Assembly (NCBI GenBank): GCA_045658325.1
Contig: JAZOUX010000015.1
Coordinates: 1,194-65,193, forward strand
DNA from: Christensenellaceae bacterium
GTDB taxonomy: Bacteria; Bacillota; Clostridia; Christensenellales; Borkfalkiaceae
Reading direction: 5' to 3'
DNA length: 64,000 nucleotides
Part shown: piece after piece, positions 56,041 to 64,000 of the stretch
Position numbering within the stretch: position 1 is the first letter of the stretch
How the letters are laid out: each line of letters begins with the position of its first letter
Program-made: the position numbers and the translations under genes
The notes under the pieces: generated by a model
What the model saw: the letters and a program-made list of their open reading frames with translations, nothing else
Databases searched by the model: none
Told to the model about the DNA's origin: nothing

Positions 56041-56120
56041 TACTTACAATCTTTAGTTTGTTTTGAAGACTTACTGTTTTTAGTATCTTGTTTAGTATTT
56101 TTTGTAGTATTCTTTTTCAT
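56040..56120 (-). CDS. candidate 26-aa lysine-rich small protein
   Basis: MKKNTTKNTKQDTKNSKSSKQTKDCK, with a strong AGGGGGGA SD 5-6 nt upstream of the ATG. Confidence 0.3.
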   Translation of the reverse strand: MKKNTTKNTKQDTKNSKSSKQTKDCK

Positions 56121-56241
56121 AACAATCCCCCCTAAGTAAGTTTGTGCACCTTTTTGCAACTTATACTGTTTTTATTTTTTTGTTCTAAACTCATTTTTAT
56201 TTTCATAGTTTAGAATATAACGAAACAATAAGGAGAATTTT

Positions 56242-57024
56242 ATGAGCGATACAAAATACTTAGAAATGTTAGAAATCCCCGTACAGTCTTGCGACGTAGT
56301 AATTAAACCTAAAAAGCGTAAAAAGAAAGATATTAAAGAAAAGGTTATTAATATGGTAAACTCTGGAACTGAAAAAGATGCCGTAAATACCGTAAAAGAA
56401 AATAAACCTAAACGCAAATTACCTAGTTTTACTTCGTTTTTCGTTTCTAAAAACAAAAAAAAGCAAGACGAAAAGAAAGTTAAAGTTAAAAAAGTTGAAG
56501 ACGTTACTACTCGTAGCGTAAAAGTTAAAAGTTCACGCTTTGATATAATTTCAGTGCAAGTAGTTGCTATTTTCGTGTTAATTATCGGCATAATTTTAAC
56601 TAATATTTTTTGGGAGAATAGTGGCATTAACACCTTTTTAAAAAGCGTTTTTAACGAACAAGACAGTGTAAATACTTCAACCTATTCAAGTTTTTCAGCC
56701 TACTCGCCTACTAGAAGCGGTGAAACGGTTTTAACTGACGGCGTTATGACGGTAAACGGTAGCGTTTACGCTCCTTGCGACGGTGTTGTTGAAAGCATTA
56801 CCTTACTTGAAGACGGCTCTTATACCGTAACGGTTAGACACTCTAGCAGTTTTACGTCGGTTTTTTCTAATTTAAGTTACAGTTATTTAGAAGAAAACGA
56901 AAACGTTTACGCTAATATTCCAATAGGGTATTCTCAAAACGATTCTTTCGTTTCGCTATTTTCAAACGATAGTTTGTTGACTAATTATTTAATTGACGGT
57001 GATTATATCGTATGGCAAAATTAA
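56242..57024 (+). CDS. SpoIVFA-like membrane protein with degenerate LytM/M23 domain
   Basis: Basic N-terminus, one TM, and a C-terminal M23-like beta-domain (VYAPCDGVVESI...VTVRHSSSFTSVFSNL). Overlaps the downstream M50 protease gene, as spoIVFA overlaps spoIVFB. Confidence 0.5.
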   Translation: MSDTKYLEMLEIPVQSCDVVIKPKKRKKKDIKEKVINMVNSGTEKDAVNTVKENKPKRKLPSFTSFFVSKNKKKQDEKKVKVKKVEDVTTRSVKVKSSRFDIISVQVVAIFVLIIGIILTNIFWENSGINTFLKSVFNEQDSVNTSTYSSFSAYSPTRSGETVLTDGVMTVNGSVYAPCDGVVESITLLEDGSYTVTVRHSSSFTSVFSNLSYSYLEENENVYANIPIGYSQNDSFVSLFSNDSLLTNYLIDGDYIVWQN

Positions 57025-57848
57025 AAATAACGATACATCCTTTGTTTTTTATTTTTGGACTATACTTTGCTTTTATAGGCAAAGTATTTTCTTTTATAAT
57101 TTTTACTTTAACGGCATTAATTCACGAGTTTGGACATTTTATTTTTTCAAGCAAATTGGGCTACGAATTAGACAATATTATTTTAATGCCCTACGGCGCT
57201 CTTTTATACGGCGATACGGCATCTCTTTCGTATAAAGACGAATGTAAAATTGCGCTCGGTGGTCCTTTTATAAACTTTATTATAGTAATATTTTTCGTTG
57301 CGTTATGGTGGTTTTTCCCTTCACTTTATCCGTACACCGAACTAGTTGTAACGGCTAACGTTTCTCTATGCGTTATTAATCTTTTACCTTGCTATCCCCT
57401 TGACGGTGGTAGGTTCTTGTTAGCGTCTTTACGCCTTTTTTTATCAAAAAAAGTTGCCGAAAATATCGTTAGGTGGCTGGGCGTTACACTTTCTATTTTG
57501 CTGTTTGCTTTATTTATCTACTCAATTTTTACTACCCTTAATATAACCGTTTTGTTTTTTGCTCTTTTTACTTTTATAGGCGCAATTTCAAAAAACGAAA
57601 AAAATAGTTACGTTAAAATTTTTAACGCACTTAACCCTTTAAAACTTACCGTTCCTAAACACGTTAAAAAAATTGCCGTAAATGAAAAAATTAAAATTAA
57701 AGATTTATATCGTTTTTTAGATAGCGACTTCGTTTTTGAAATTGAAATATACTCAGTTGACGGCGTTTACTTAAAAACGCTAAAAGGCAACGCATTATAC
57801 TCAATGCTTGCAAATTCTTCACCTTACGACGACCTTTATAAAAAGTAA
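57012..57848 (+). CDS. spoIVFB: M50-family site-2 protease, SpoIVFB-like
   Basis: HEFGH zinc motif within a TM segment, NLLPCYPLDGGR motif, and a C-terminal CBS-like region. Confidence 0.75.
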   Translation: MAKLKITIHPLFFIFGLYFAFIGKVFSFIIFTLTALIHEFGHFIFSSKLGYELDNIILMPYGALLYGDTASLSYKDECKIALGGPFINFIIVIFFVALWWFFPSLYPYTELVVTANVSLCVINLLPCYPLDGGRFLLASLRLFLSKKVAENIVRWLGVTLSILLFALFIYSIFTTLNITVLFFALFTFIGAISKNEKNSYVKIFNALNPLKLTVPKHVKKIAVNEKIKIKDLYRFLDSDFVFEIEIYSVDGVYLKTLKGNALYSMLANSSPYDDLYKK

Positions 57849-57898
57849 TTTTTTGTTATTGCAAAATAATTAATAGTGTGCTAAAATATTAAAGTATT

Positions 57899-59665
57899 AT
57901 GAAAACTATTGACGAAATTTTATTAACCGTTGAAAAACCTTCTCGCTATATTGGTGGCGAATTTGGTGAAAGAACGATTAAAGAAGAAAAATTTAATTAT
58001 TGTATATGCTTCCCCGACGTTTACGAAGTTGGTATGAGTAACTTAGGTATTCGTATCGTTAGCGAAGTTATAAATAGAGTTGACGGTGCTTGCTGTGATA
58101 GGTGTTTTTCGCCTTGGCACGACTTTGGCACTGCGTTAAAAGAAAATAATATTTCACTTTTTTCGTTAAACCTTAAAAAGCCTTTAAAAGATTTTGATAT
58201 GCTTGGCTTTTCTCTCCAGTACGAAATGAGTTATACTACCGTTTTGTACATGCTTGATTTAGCAGGCATACCACTTAAAAGGGAAGACAGAGGTGATGAC
58301 TACCCTATTATTCAAGGTGGTGGCCCTTGCGCATTTAATCCAGAGCCACTTGCCGACTTTTTTGATTTATTCGTTATAGGCGACGGCGAAGACAGTATGC
58401 GCGAATTGACTAAATTAAAATTAAAAACGCCGTCAAAAAAAGAATTTTTAAAACAAGCAACTAAAATTAAAGGTGTATACGTTCCGTCACTTACCTACCC
58501 CGTTTATGAAAATGGTAAAATAGTTAGGTTTGAAGGCGAAAAGGTTGAAAAGGCTTTTTGTTTAGACTTAGAAAACGCCGTTACTCCCGATATTCAAGCA
58601 GTTGCTAATACCGAAGCCGTACACGATAGGGGCGTTATTGAAATAATGCGTGGTTGCTACCGTGGTTGCCGTTTTTGTCAAGCAGGGTTTATTTACCGTC
58701 CCGTTAGGCATAGAAGCATTGAAAAGTTAACTAAAACGGCTTGCTCGATTATGACTAAATGTGGTTACGATAATTTAAGCGTAAACAGTTTATCAACGAG
58801 CGATTACCCTTATCTAAAAGAATTAATCACTTCGCTCAACGATAACTTGCCTTCATATTCAAACGTGTCGTTGCCGTCTTTAAGAATTGATAGTTTTGAA
58901 GAATTTTACGTTGGCTTGGCAAAGAAAAATTCTTTAACTTTTGCGCCCGAAGGCGGTACTCAAAGGTTACGAGACGTTATTAATAAAGATATAACAGAAC
59001 AAGATATTTTAGACGGTATTAAAAAAGCCTATAACATGGGCTATAATGCGATTAAATTGTATTTTATGATGGGGCTTCCTACTGAAACCGACCAAGATAT
59101 TCAGGGCATTAGCGACCTTGTAAACTTGATTAGAAGCGTATATAGTGAAAACCCTAAAAGGTTACGCCAATTACGTTTAACGGTAAGCGTTTCGACCTTT
59201 ATACCTAAACCGTTTACCCCTTTTGAATTTGAAAAATTTTGCACTCGTGAAGAAGTTGAGCATAAAATTGAACTTCTTAAAAAAGGCTTGTTTATTAAAG
59301 GCGTTACGTTTAATTGGAACGATTACGACCTTTCTATGATTGAAGCAATTTTAGCGCGTGGTGGCAGAGACGTTGGCAAAGTTTTACTTTCAGCCTACCA
59401 AAAAGGCTGTTATTTAGACGGTTGGAACGAACTTTTTAAATTTGATAAATATCTTGAAGCAATTAATGAAACGGGTTACAATACTGATTCTTCACTTAAC
59501 GAATTAAGCGAAACGGAACTTTTAAGTTGGGACTTTATTGATATTGGGGTTACTAAAAAATTCCTTTTAAGCGAAAGACATAAAGCGTATAACGATAAAT
59601 GCACGGGTGGTTGTCAAACCGGTTGTAAAGGCTGTGGATTACAAGGAAGGTGCGATATAAAATGA
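57899..59665 (+). CDS. radical SAM protein (TIGR03960-type, B12-binding-like N-domain)
   Basis: CYRGCRFC CxxxCxxC cluster, 588 aa, followed by its usual TIGR03936 partner. Confidence 0.75.
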   Translation: MKTIDEILLTVEKPSRYIGGEFGERTIKEEKFNYCICFPDVYEVGMSNLGIRIVSEVINRVDGACCDRCFSPWHDFGTALKENNISLFSLNLKKPLKDFDMLGFSLQYEMSYTTVLYMLDLAGIPLKREDRGDDYPIIQGGGPCAFNPEPLADFFDLFVIGDGEDSMRELTKLKLKTPSKKEFLKQATKIKGVYVPSLTYPVYENGKIVRFEGEKVEKAFCLDLENAVTPDIQAVANTEAVHDRGVIEIMRGCYRGCRFCQAGFIYRPVRHRSIEKLTKTACSIMTKCGYDNLSVNSLSTSDYPYLKELITSLNDNLPSYSNVSLPSLRIDSFEEFYVGLAKKNSLTFAPEGGTQRLRDVINKDITEQDILDGIKKAYNMGYNAIKLYFMMGLPTETDQDIQGISDLVNLIRSVYSENPKRLRQLRLTVSVSTFIPKPFTPFEFEKFCTREEVEHKIELLKKGLFIKGVTFNWNDYDLSMIEAILARGGRDVGKVLLSAYQKGCYLDGWNELFKFDKYLEAINETGYNTDSSLNELSETELLSWDFIDIGVTKKFLLSERHKAYNDKCTGGCQTGCKGCGLQGRCDIK

Positions 59666-60291
59666 TACTTATAAAATACAGTAAAATTAAAGGCGCAGAA
59701 TTTATCCCACACCTTGACACCTTGAAACACTTAGGTAGAATTATTCGTAGAACGGGCGTTGAAGTTAAATACTCACAAGGTTTTAACCCCCATATGCTTA
59801 TCTATATGAGTTCGCCTATCGCTTTAGGTCTTAAAAGTTTAAGCGAATATTGTTTAATTGCTACCGATTATAATAATAAAGATTTTGTTAATATTTTTAA
59901 CGATTGTTCTCCACTAGGTTTAAAAGCGACTGAAATTTATTTTACCGACACTAAACTTAATATAGCAAACGATATTACTAGTGCTACTTATAAAATTAGT
60001 GGTCTTAATAAATTCAACGTAAACGAAGTTTTAAACGCTAATTCGTTTACCGTACTAGACAAACACTCGGGGGAAAAAGAAGTAAAAGATAGAATAATTT
60101 CTCTTTACTTTGATGGCGACGATTTAATTGCTACGTTAAAATTTGGCAATATAACTTTACGCCCCGATACGTTTTCAAATAAACTTAAAGCCCTTTACGG
60201 TGGCGACAAAATTGATATTATTAAACTTGACGTAAAATTTTTAAATAATTTAACTTGCGAAGAATATATTAAGGGTAAAAACAATGTCTAA
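59650..60291 (+). CDS. radical-SAM-associated protein (TIGR03936/DUF2344)
   Basis: 213 aa. Overlaps both neighbours. Typical N-terminus (KGAEFIPHLDTLK..R..RR). Confidence 0.65.
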   Translation: MRYKMILIKYSKIKGAEFIPHLDTLKHLGRIIRRTGVEVKYSQGFNPHMLIYMSSPIALGLKSLSEYCLIATDYNNKDFVNIFNDCSPLGLKATEIYFTDTKLNIANDITSATYKISGLNKFNVNEVLNANSFTVLDKHSGEKEVKDRIISLYFDGDDLIATLKFGNITLRPDTFSNKLKALYGGDKIDIIKLDVKFLNNLTCEEYIKGKNNV

Positions 60292-61777
60292 AAATATTTG
60301 GATTGACTCTTTCGGTGGAAATACCATAGGCGCGCTATGTGAAAACGGGCGTTTAATTGAATACCATATTGAAAAATCTAACAAAACTCAAATTGTAGGA
60401 AGTATTTATAAGGGAGTAGTAAAAAACGTTCTTGACGGGATGCAAGCGGCTTTTGTTGATATCGGGCTTAATAAAAACGGTTATTTATTTGTTACCGATA
60501 TGCTTGTAGACACTTCTTTAATAGAAGGCAAAACCGTTTTGCCTAGCGAGTTAAATATTAAAGTTGGCGACGAAATTATGGTACAAGTAGTTAAAGACCC
60601 TTTCGGCGTAAAAGGTGCAAGGTTAACTAACAACGTTACCTTTGCCGGTAAATATTTAGTTTACGCCCCTACTTTAAACGTAAACGCCGTGTCAAGAAAA
60701 ATTTTAAACGAAAAGACAAGGCTTAAATTAACTGAGTACGCTAATAAGTTAAAACGGCCCTATGGTGGATTTATTTGTCGTACGGCTAGTGAAAAAGCTT
60801 CTTTTTTAGACTTGCAAAAAGAAAGTAAACAATTAATATCTCTTTATAAAAATATATTAACTAAGTATGAAAAGGCTAGCCCAACCGAGCAAGTATTTTG
60901 CGACGGCGACTTACCTATGAGATTAATGCGTGACGTTTTAACCGACGACGTTAACAAAATTTACGTTACCGATAAAACGATTTACGATAATTTATATTCA
61001 TTTAAAACTTTGCGCAAAGACTTTATTAAAAGACTTGTTCTTTATAATGAAAGCGTTGATATTTTTGCCAAATTCAACTTAACTAAAGAAATTGAAAGCC
61101 TTGCCCACAATAAAGTGTATTTGTCAACGGGGGCGTATTTGGTTATTGATAAAACTGAAGCCTTGACAGTAATTGACGTAAACACGGGGGCTTTCGTTGG
61201 CGACGCTAATATCGAAGAAACGGCTTTTGAAACTAATATGCTAGCAAGCGTTGAAATAGCAAGACAAGTTCGACTAAGAAATATTAGTGGTAGCATAATA
61301 GTAGACTTTATCAATATGGAAAGCGACGCTCATAAGACGGCTGTCGTAGACAAATTAAAAGAAAGTTTAAGTTCTGATAGAATTAAATGCAACGTTTTAG
61401 GTATGACGGGGCTAGGTTTAGTAGAATTTACTAGAAATAAAAAAAGACGCTCACTTTCACAATACTTTAATAAAACTTGCCCGTACTGTAAAGGGGAAGG
61501 CACGGTTTGTTCAAACGATTACGTTTTAATGAAAATAAGAACTAACCTATTAGACCTTTTTAGTAAGGACTATAATTCGGTTATAATAGACTTAAACGTA
61601 GACTTATGCGATTATATTTTACAAACGGGCACTTTAAATAAAGATATTAAAAAATTCTATCAAAATAAAAGGGTTTATTTAATACCACATAAAACGTACC
61701 ACCAAGAATTTTTTATTTGCCGAGGCGATAACGATAGCGTTTTAAACTTGCCCGACAAAGCAATTTTGCTTAGATAA
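60284..61777 (+). CDS. rng: ribonuclease G/E family endoribonuclease
   Basis: S1 domain (GSIYKGVVKNVLDGMQAAFVDIG), VIDVNTG catalytic-core motif, and Zn-link CPYCKGEG. Confidence 0.8.
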   Translation: MSKNIWIDSFGGNTIGALCENGRLIEYHIEKSNKTQIVGSIYKGVVKNVLDGMQAAFVDIGLNKNGYLFVTDMLVDTSLIEGKTVLPSELNIKVGDEIMVQVVKDPFGVKGARLTNNVTFAGKYLVYAPTLNVNAVSRKILNEKTRLKLTEYANKLKRPYGGFICRTASEKASFLDLQKESKQLISLYKNILTKYEKASPTEQVFCDGDLPMRLMRDVLTDDVNKIYVTDKTIYDNLYSFKTLRKDFIKRLVLYNESVDIFAKFNLTKEIESLAHNKVYLSTGAYLVIDKTEALTVIDVNTGAFVGDANIEETAFETNMLASVEIARQVRLRNISGSIIVDFINMESDAHKTAVVDKLKESLSSDRIKCNVLGMTGLGLVEFTRNKKRRSLSQYFNKTCPYCKGEGTVCSNDYVLMKIRTNLLDLFSKDYNSVIIDLNVDLCDYILQTGTLNKDIKKFYQNKRVYLIPHKTYHQEFFICRGDNDSVLNLPDKAILLR

Positions 61778-61829
61778 TCTATATAAACCTAACGAAATTG
61801 CTTTATCGTAAGAATTTTTAGACAATATA

Positions 61830-61865
61830 AAAGACTACCTAAAATTTTTGGGTAGTCTTTTATTG
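61830..61865 (+). terminator. Rho-independent terminator after rng
   Basis: AAAGACTACC/GGTAGTCTTT stem followed by a T-rich run. Confidence 0.6.
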
Positions 61866-61989
61866 TTACGTTGTAAAACTCAAGGTTTCCATTTACGGTA
61901 AACTTATTATAACAAAAAACTAACTAATATGAAAATAAATTGTTTAATAAGCACTATGGAAAGGACAACGAACGTTCCTTAAGTTTTAA

Positions 61990-63147
61990 TTATTTAATAA
62001 TTTTGTCGTATAAAAACGGTTTTACGTTATATAAAGCGCAAGCGTCTATGTATTGCTTTTTGTAAAGGTCTATTTCTTGGCTTGTAACTGTTTTCTTTTT
62101 AATGGCTTTTATAAGCACGTTTTTAGGCGTTTCTTCTGGGTCGATAAGTTCTACTGCTACTACGCTATATCCTGCTATTTCAAGTGCTTTGCACCTAAGC
62201 GAGTCGGTTAACGCATCGGCTAATTTTTGCTGTAAAATTGAGTGGTCTAATAAAATATCGCTCGATAAGTTTTGCTTTTTTAATTGCCCCATTATCTCGT
62301 GATGGCAACAAGGCGTACTCATAATAACCTTTGAGTTTGACGATATTCCTTTAAGTAAAACTATATCTGTTGCAATATCGCAAGCGTGAAGCGAAACTGT
62401 TAAATTAGGCGTGCGCATTACCGAAAACTTAGTTACGTCGCCGTGAATAAAGTGTAAACCTTGATAGTTTAATTTTTTACTCACGCCGTCGCAATAGTCA
62501 ATTACGTCTTTTTTCAAATCAACGCAATCCATTTCAACTTTCAAGTTTTTAATCTTGGTAAAATAATAGTAAACGGCAAAACTTAAATAACTTTTACCAC
62601 AGCAAAGGTCTAATATATAAAGTTCGTCGCCGTCAATAATCTCACTTTCAATATCTTTGATAAATTCTAAAAACTTGTTTATTTGACGGAATTTTGAAGT
62701 CTTTTTATCTAAAACTCTACCCGTTTTATCTTGTACGCCAAGTTCAATTAAAAAATCTATCGGCTCATTATTAGGTAAAATGTAATGCTTTTGTTTGTTA
62801 TGAGAAAAGTTTGCTTGCTCAAAGTTGTTACGTTTTACGTTGTCGCTTATTAAAAGTTTGCCTTTTTTAGAAAGCTTTAATTCGGCGCTACCCGACGTGG
62901 TAAATAAGTTTAACTGTTTAAACCCGTTTATAAATAAATTTTCTAAATAGTCTACGGAATTTTCAAATTCAACGTTTTTTTGCAAAACTTTATTATCGTT
63001 ATAAAACGTTTCAACTTGCATACAAAGTTTATTTTTTATTTCGACTAGCCTACATTTTGCCTTTAATACGTTTTTGTCGGTACTTTTACTTAAAACGGCG
63101 TTCACTAGTGTTTTGTTTTGTATTACAAACGATAATAATTGTCTCAT
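61990..63147 (-). CDS. SAM-dependent methyltransferase with N-terminal accessory domain
   Basis: Motif I ILDLCCGKSYLS and DVTKF motif, 385 aa. Confidence 0.55.
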   Translation of the reverse strand: MRQLLSFVIQNKTLVNAVLSKSTDKNVLKAKCRLVEIKNKLCMQVETFYNDNKVLQKNVEFENSVDYLENLFINGFKQLNLFTTSGSAELKLSKKGKLLISDNVKRNNFEQANFSHNKQKHYILPNNEPIDFLIELGVQDKTGRVLDKKTSKFRQINKFLEFIKDIESEIIDGDELYILDLCCGKSYLSFAVYYYFTKIKNLKVEMDCVDLKKDVIDYCDGVSKKLNYQGLHFIHGDVTKFSVMRTPNLTVSLHACDIATDIVLLKGISSNSKVIMSTPCCHHEIMGQLKKQNLSSDILLDHSILQQKLADALTDSLRCKALEIAGYSVVAVELIDPEETPKNVLIKAIKKKTVTSQEIDLYKKQYIDACALYNVKPFLYDKIIK

Positions 63148-63148
63148 T

Positions 63149-64000
63149 TTAATCTTCTTTGAAATATTCGATATAACCCTTTTCTTTCATTGATATAAAG
63201 TCGTTTTTCATACACCAAATATTATGGTGTTCCATATGCTCTACGCTAAACTCTTTTATTACTTCGTCACATTTGTTAATAAAATAATCGTAATCAACTT
63301 TTCTTGGTTCTTTTAATAAATTGTACAAGTTGTCGTGATATAACTTATTAAGTTCGTCTTGTTCTAAGCCTATTCCACGATATTTTTTACCTGCGTATTC
63401 GTATTCTTCAGCCGTTCCAAAAAATCTTTTTACTAAATTAGGACGATTTGTTGATGATTTTGTAAAAAGTTCTTCACTTTCATATTTAAAGTTATACATA
63501 TCCGTGCCATAAGCAAATCTATCAATGTGCTTTTTGATAAAAGGAACCCAAAATTCTTTGTCTTTTAAAATGTTAAAATAATTTTCTCCACCTGGCGTTA
63601 CGTCAAGCATAGTATTTTCAAAAGACATAAACTTTTCAACCCTTTCTTTTGGTGCGAACGTTAAAAAGCCAAAGTGAGCAAGCGTGAATTTAAGTTTAGG
63701 GTGCTTTTCAAGCATACTGATAATTTCTTCTTGCATTTGGTCAAAAGACGGAAACCTTTCGTCAAAATAACAACCCCTTCCAATCCAATACGGTGAAATT
63801 TTATTTATATCCCACATAACTGGCGAGTTTGTTAAGTGCATTATAATAGGGAATTCTTCTTTTTCACAAAAATCGTAAAAAAGGTCGAAAAGTTCGTCGT
63901 CAAGCGGACAGCCTAGCATATATCTTGTATTAGGGTGACCTTCAAACATTTTAATGCCGTCAAAACCCACTCTTTTATACTCTTTTACTTGCCTTAATAA
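63149..64000 (-). CDS. amidohydrolase-family protein (5' end outside the window)
   Basis: The frame stays open to the window edge upstream of the GTG at 63970. MHL, HFG and YGTD motifs fit amidohydrolase_2-type hydrolases. Confidence 0.5.
   Translation of the reverse strand, partial: LLRQVKEYKRVGFDGIKMFEGHPNTRYMLGCPLDDELFDLFYDFCEKEEFPIIMHLTNSPVMWDINKISPYWIGRGCYFDERFPSFDQMQEEIISMLEKHPKLKFTLAHFGFLTFAPKERVEKFMSFENTMLDVTPGGENYFNILKDKEFWVPFIKKHIDRFAYGTDMYNFKYESEELFTKSSTNRPNLVKRFFGTAEEYEYAGKKYRGIGLEQDELNKLYHDNLYNLLKEPRKVDYDYFINKCDEVIKEFSVEHMEHHNIWCMKNDFISMKEKGYIEYFKED

Noticed and set aside
55942-56139. 65-aa plus-strand ORF from the track
   Set aside because: No SD, and a low-complexity hydrophobic translation. 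The opposite strand carries two SD-led coupled mini-ORFs with a terminator, which explains the region better.
56121-56241. Sporulation-sigma (sigma-E/K) promoter upstream of spoIVFA-like gene
   Set aside because: CATA-containing words are present, but I cannot place -35 and -10 elements with correct spacing confidently.

Overview
AT-rich chromosomal segment, about one-third GC by eye, from an endospore-forming Firmicute. The Clostridia-like assignment rests on spoIIID, spoIVA, a spoVK-like AAA+ gene, spoIVFA/spoIVFB, and der-plsY synteny. Most of the window is ordinary core genome: sbcDC, tilS, rsfS, metA/metY, EF-G paralog, der, plsY, glyA, RNase G, a radical-SAM pair, and a glucuronide/mannonate utilisation locus with an AraC regulator. 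Three tRNAs are present: Leu-TAG, Arg-CCG and an unusual Leu-AAG. The clearly accessory part is a ~6 kb mosaic island directly downstream of tRNA-Leu(AAG), at ~38.1-44.0 kb. It contains a tyrosine integrase and a co-directional tandem array of four XRE-family HTH genes. Three of these genes share a 162-bp, near-identical direct repeat encoding an invariant 51-aa C-terminal tail, while their DNA-binding heads are strongly diverged. Next comes a divergent switch region with a perfect consensus promoter bracketed by two 18-bp operator-like repeats, followed by a terminated ~150-nt leader or sRNA candidate. The island continues with a small ORF and a protein carrying an Rx4H (HEPN/DUF4145-like) motif, whose 3' end is replaced by a 5'-truncated thiolase fragment. 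It ends with two orphan terminators and a SAM methyltransferase. I could not identify att repeats, so the island boundaries are approximate. Other points of note are a GDPD gene inactivated by a TAA at the catalytic-Glu position, a family of short hairpin repeats in intergenic regions (dense cluster at 17.0-17.4 kb), a compositionally atypical surface-protein gene between two tRNAs, and a pair of overlapping mini-ORFs at ~56.0 kb. All functional calls rest on motif recognition by eye; no database search was possible.
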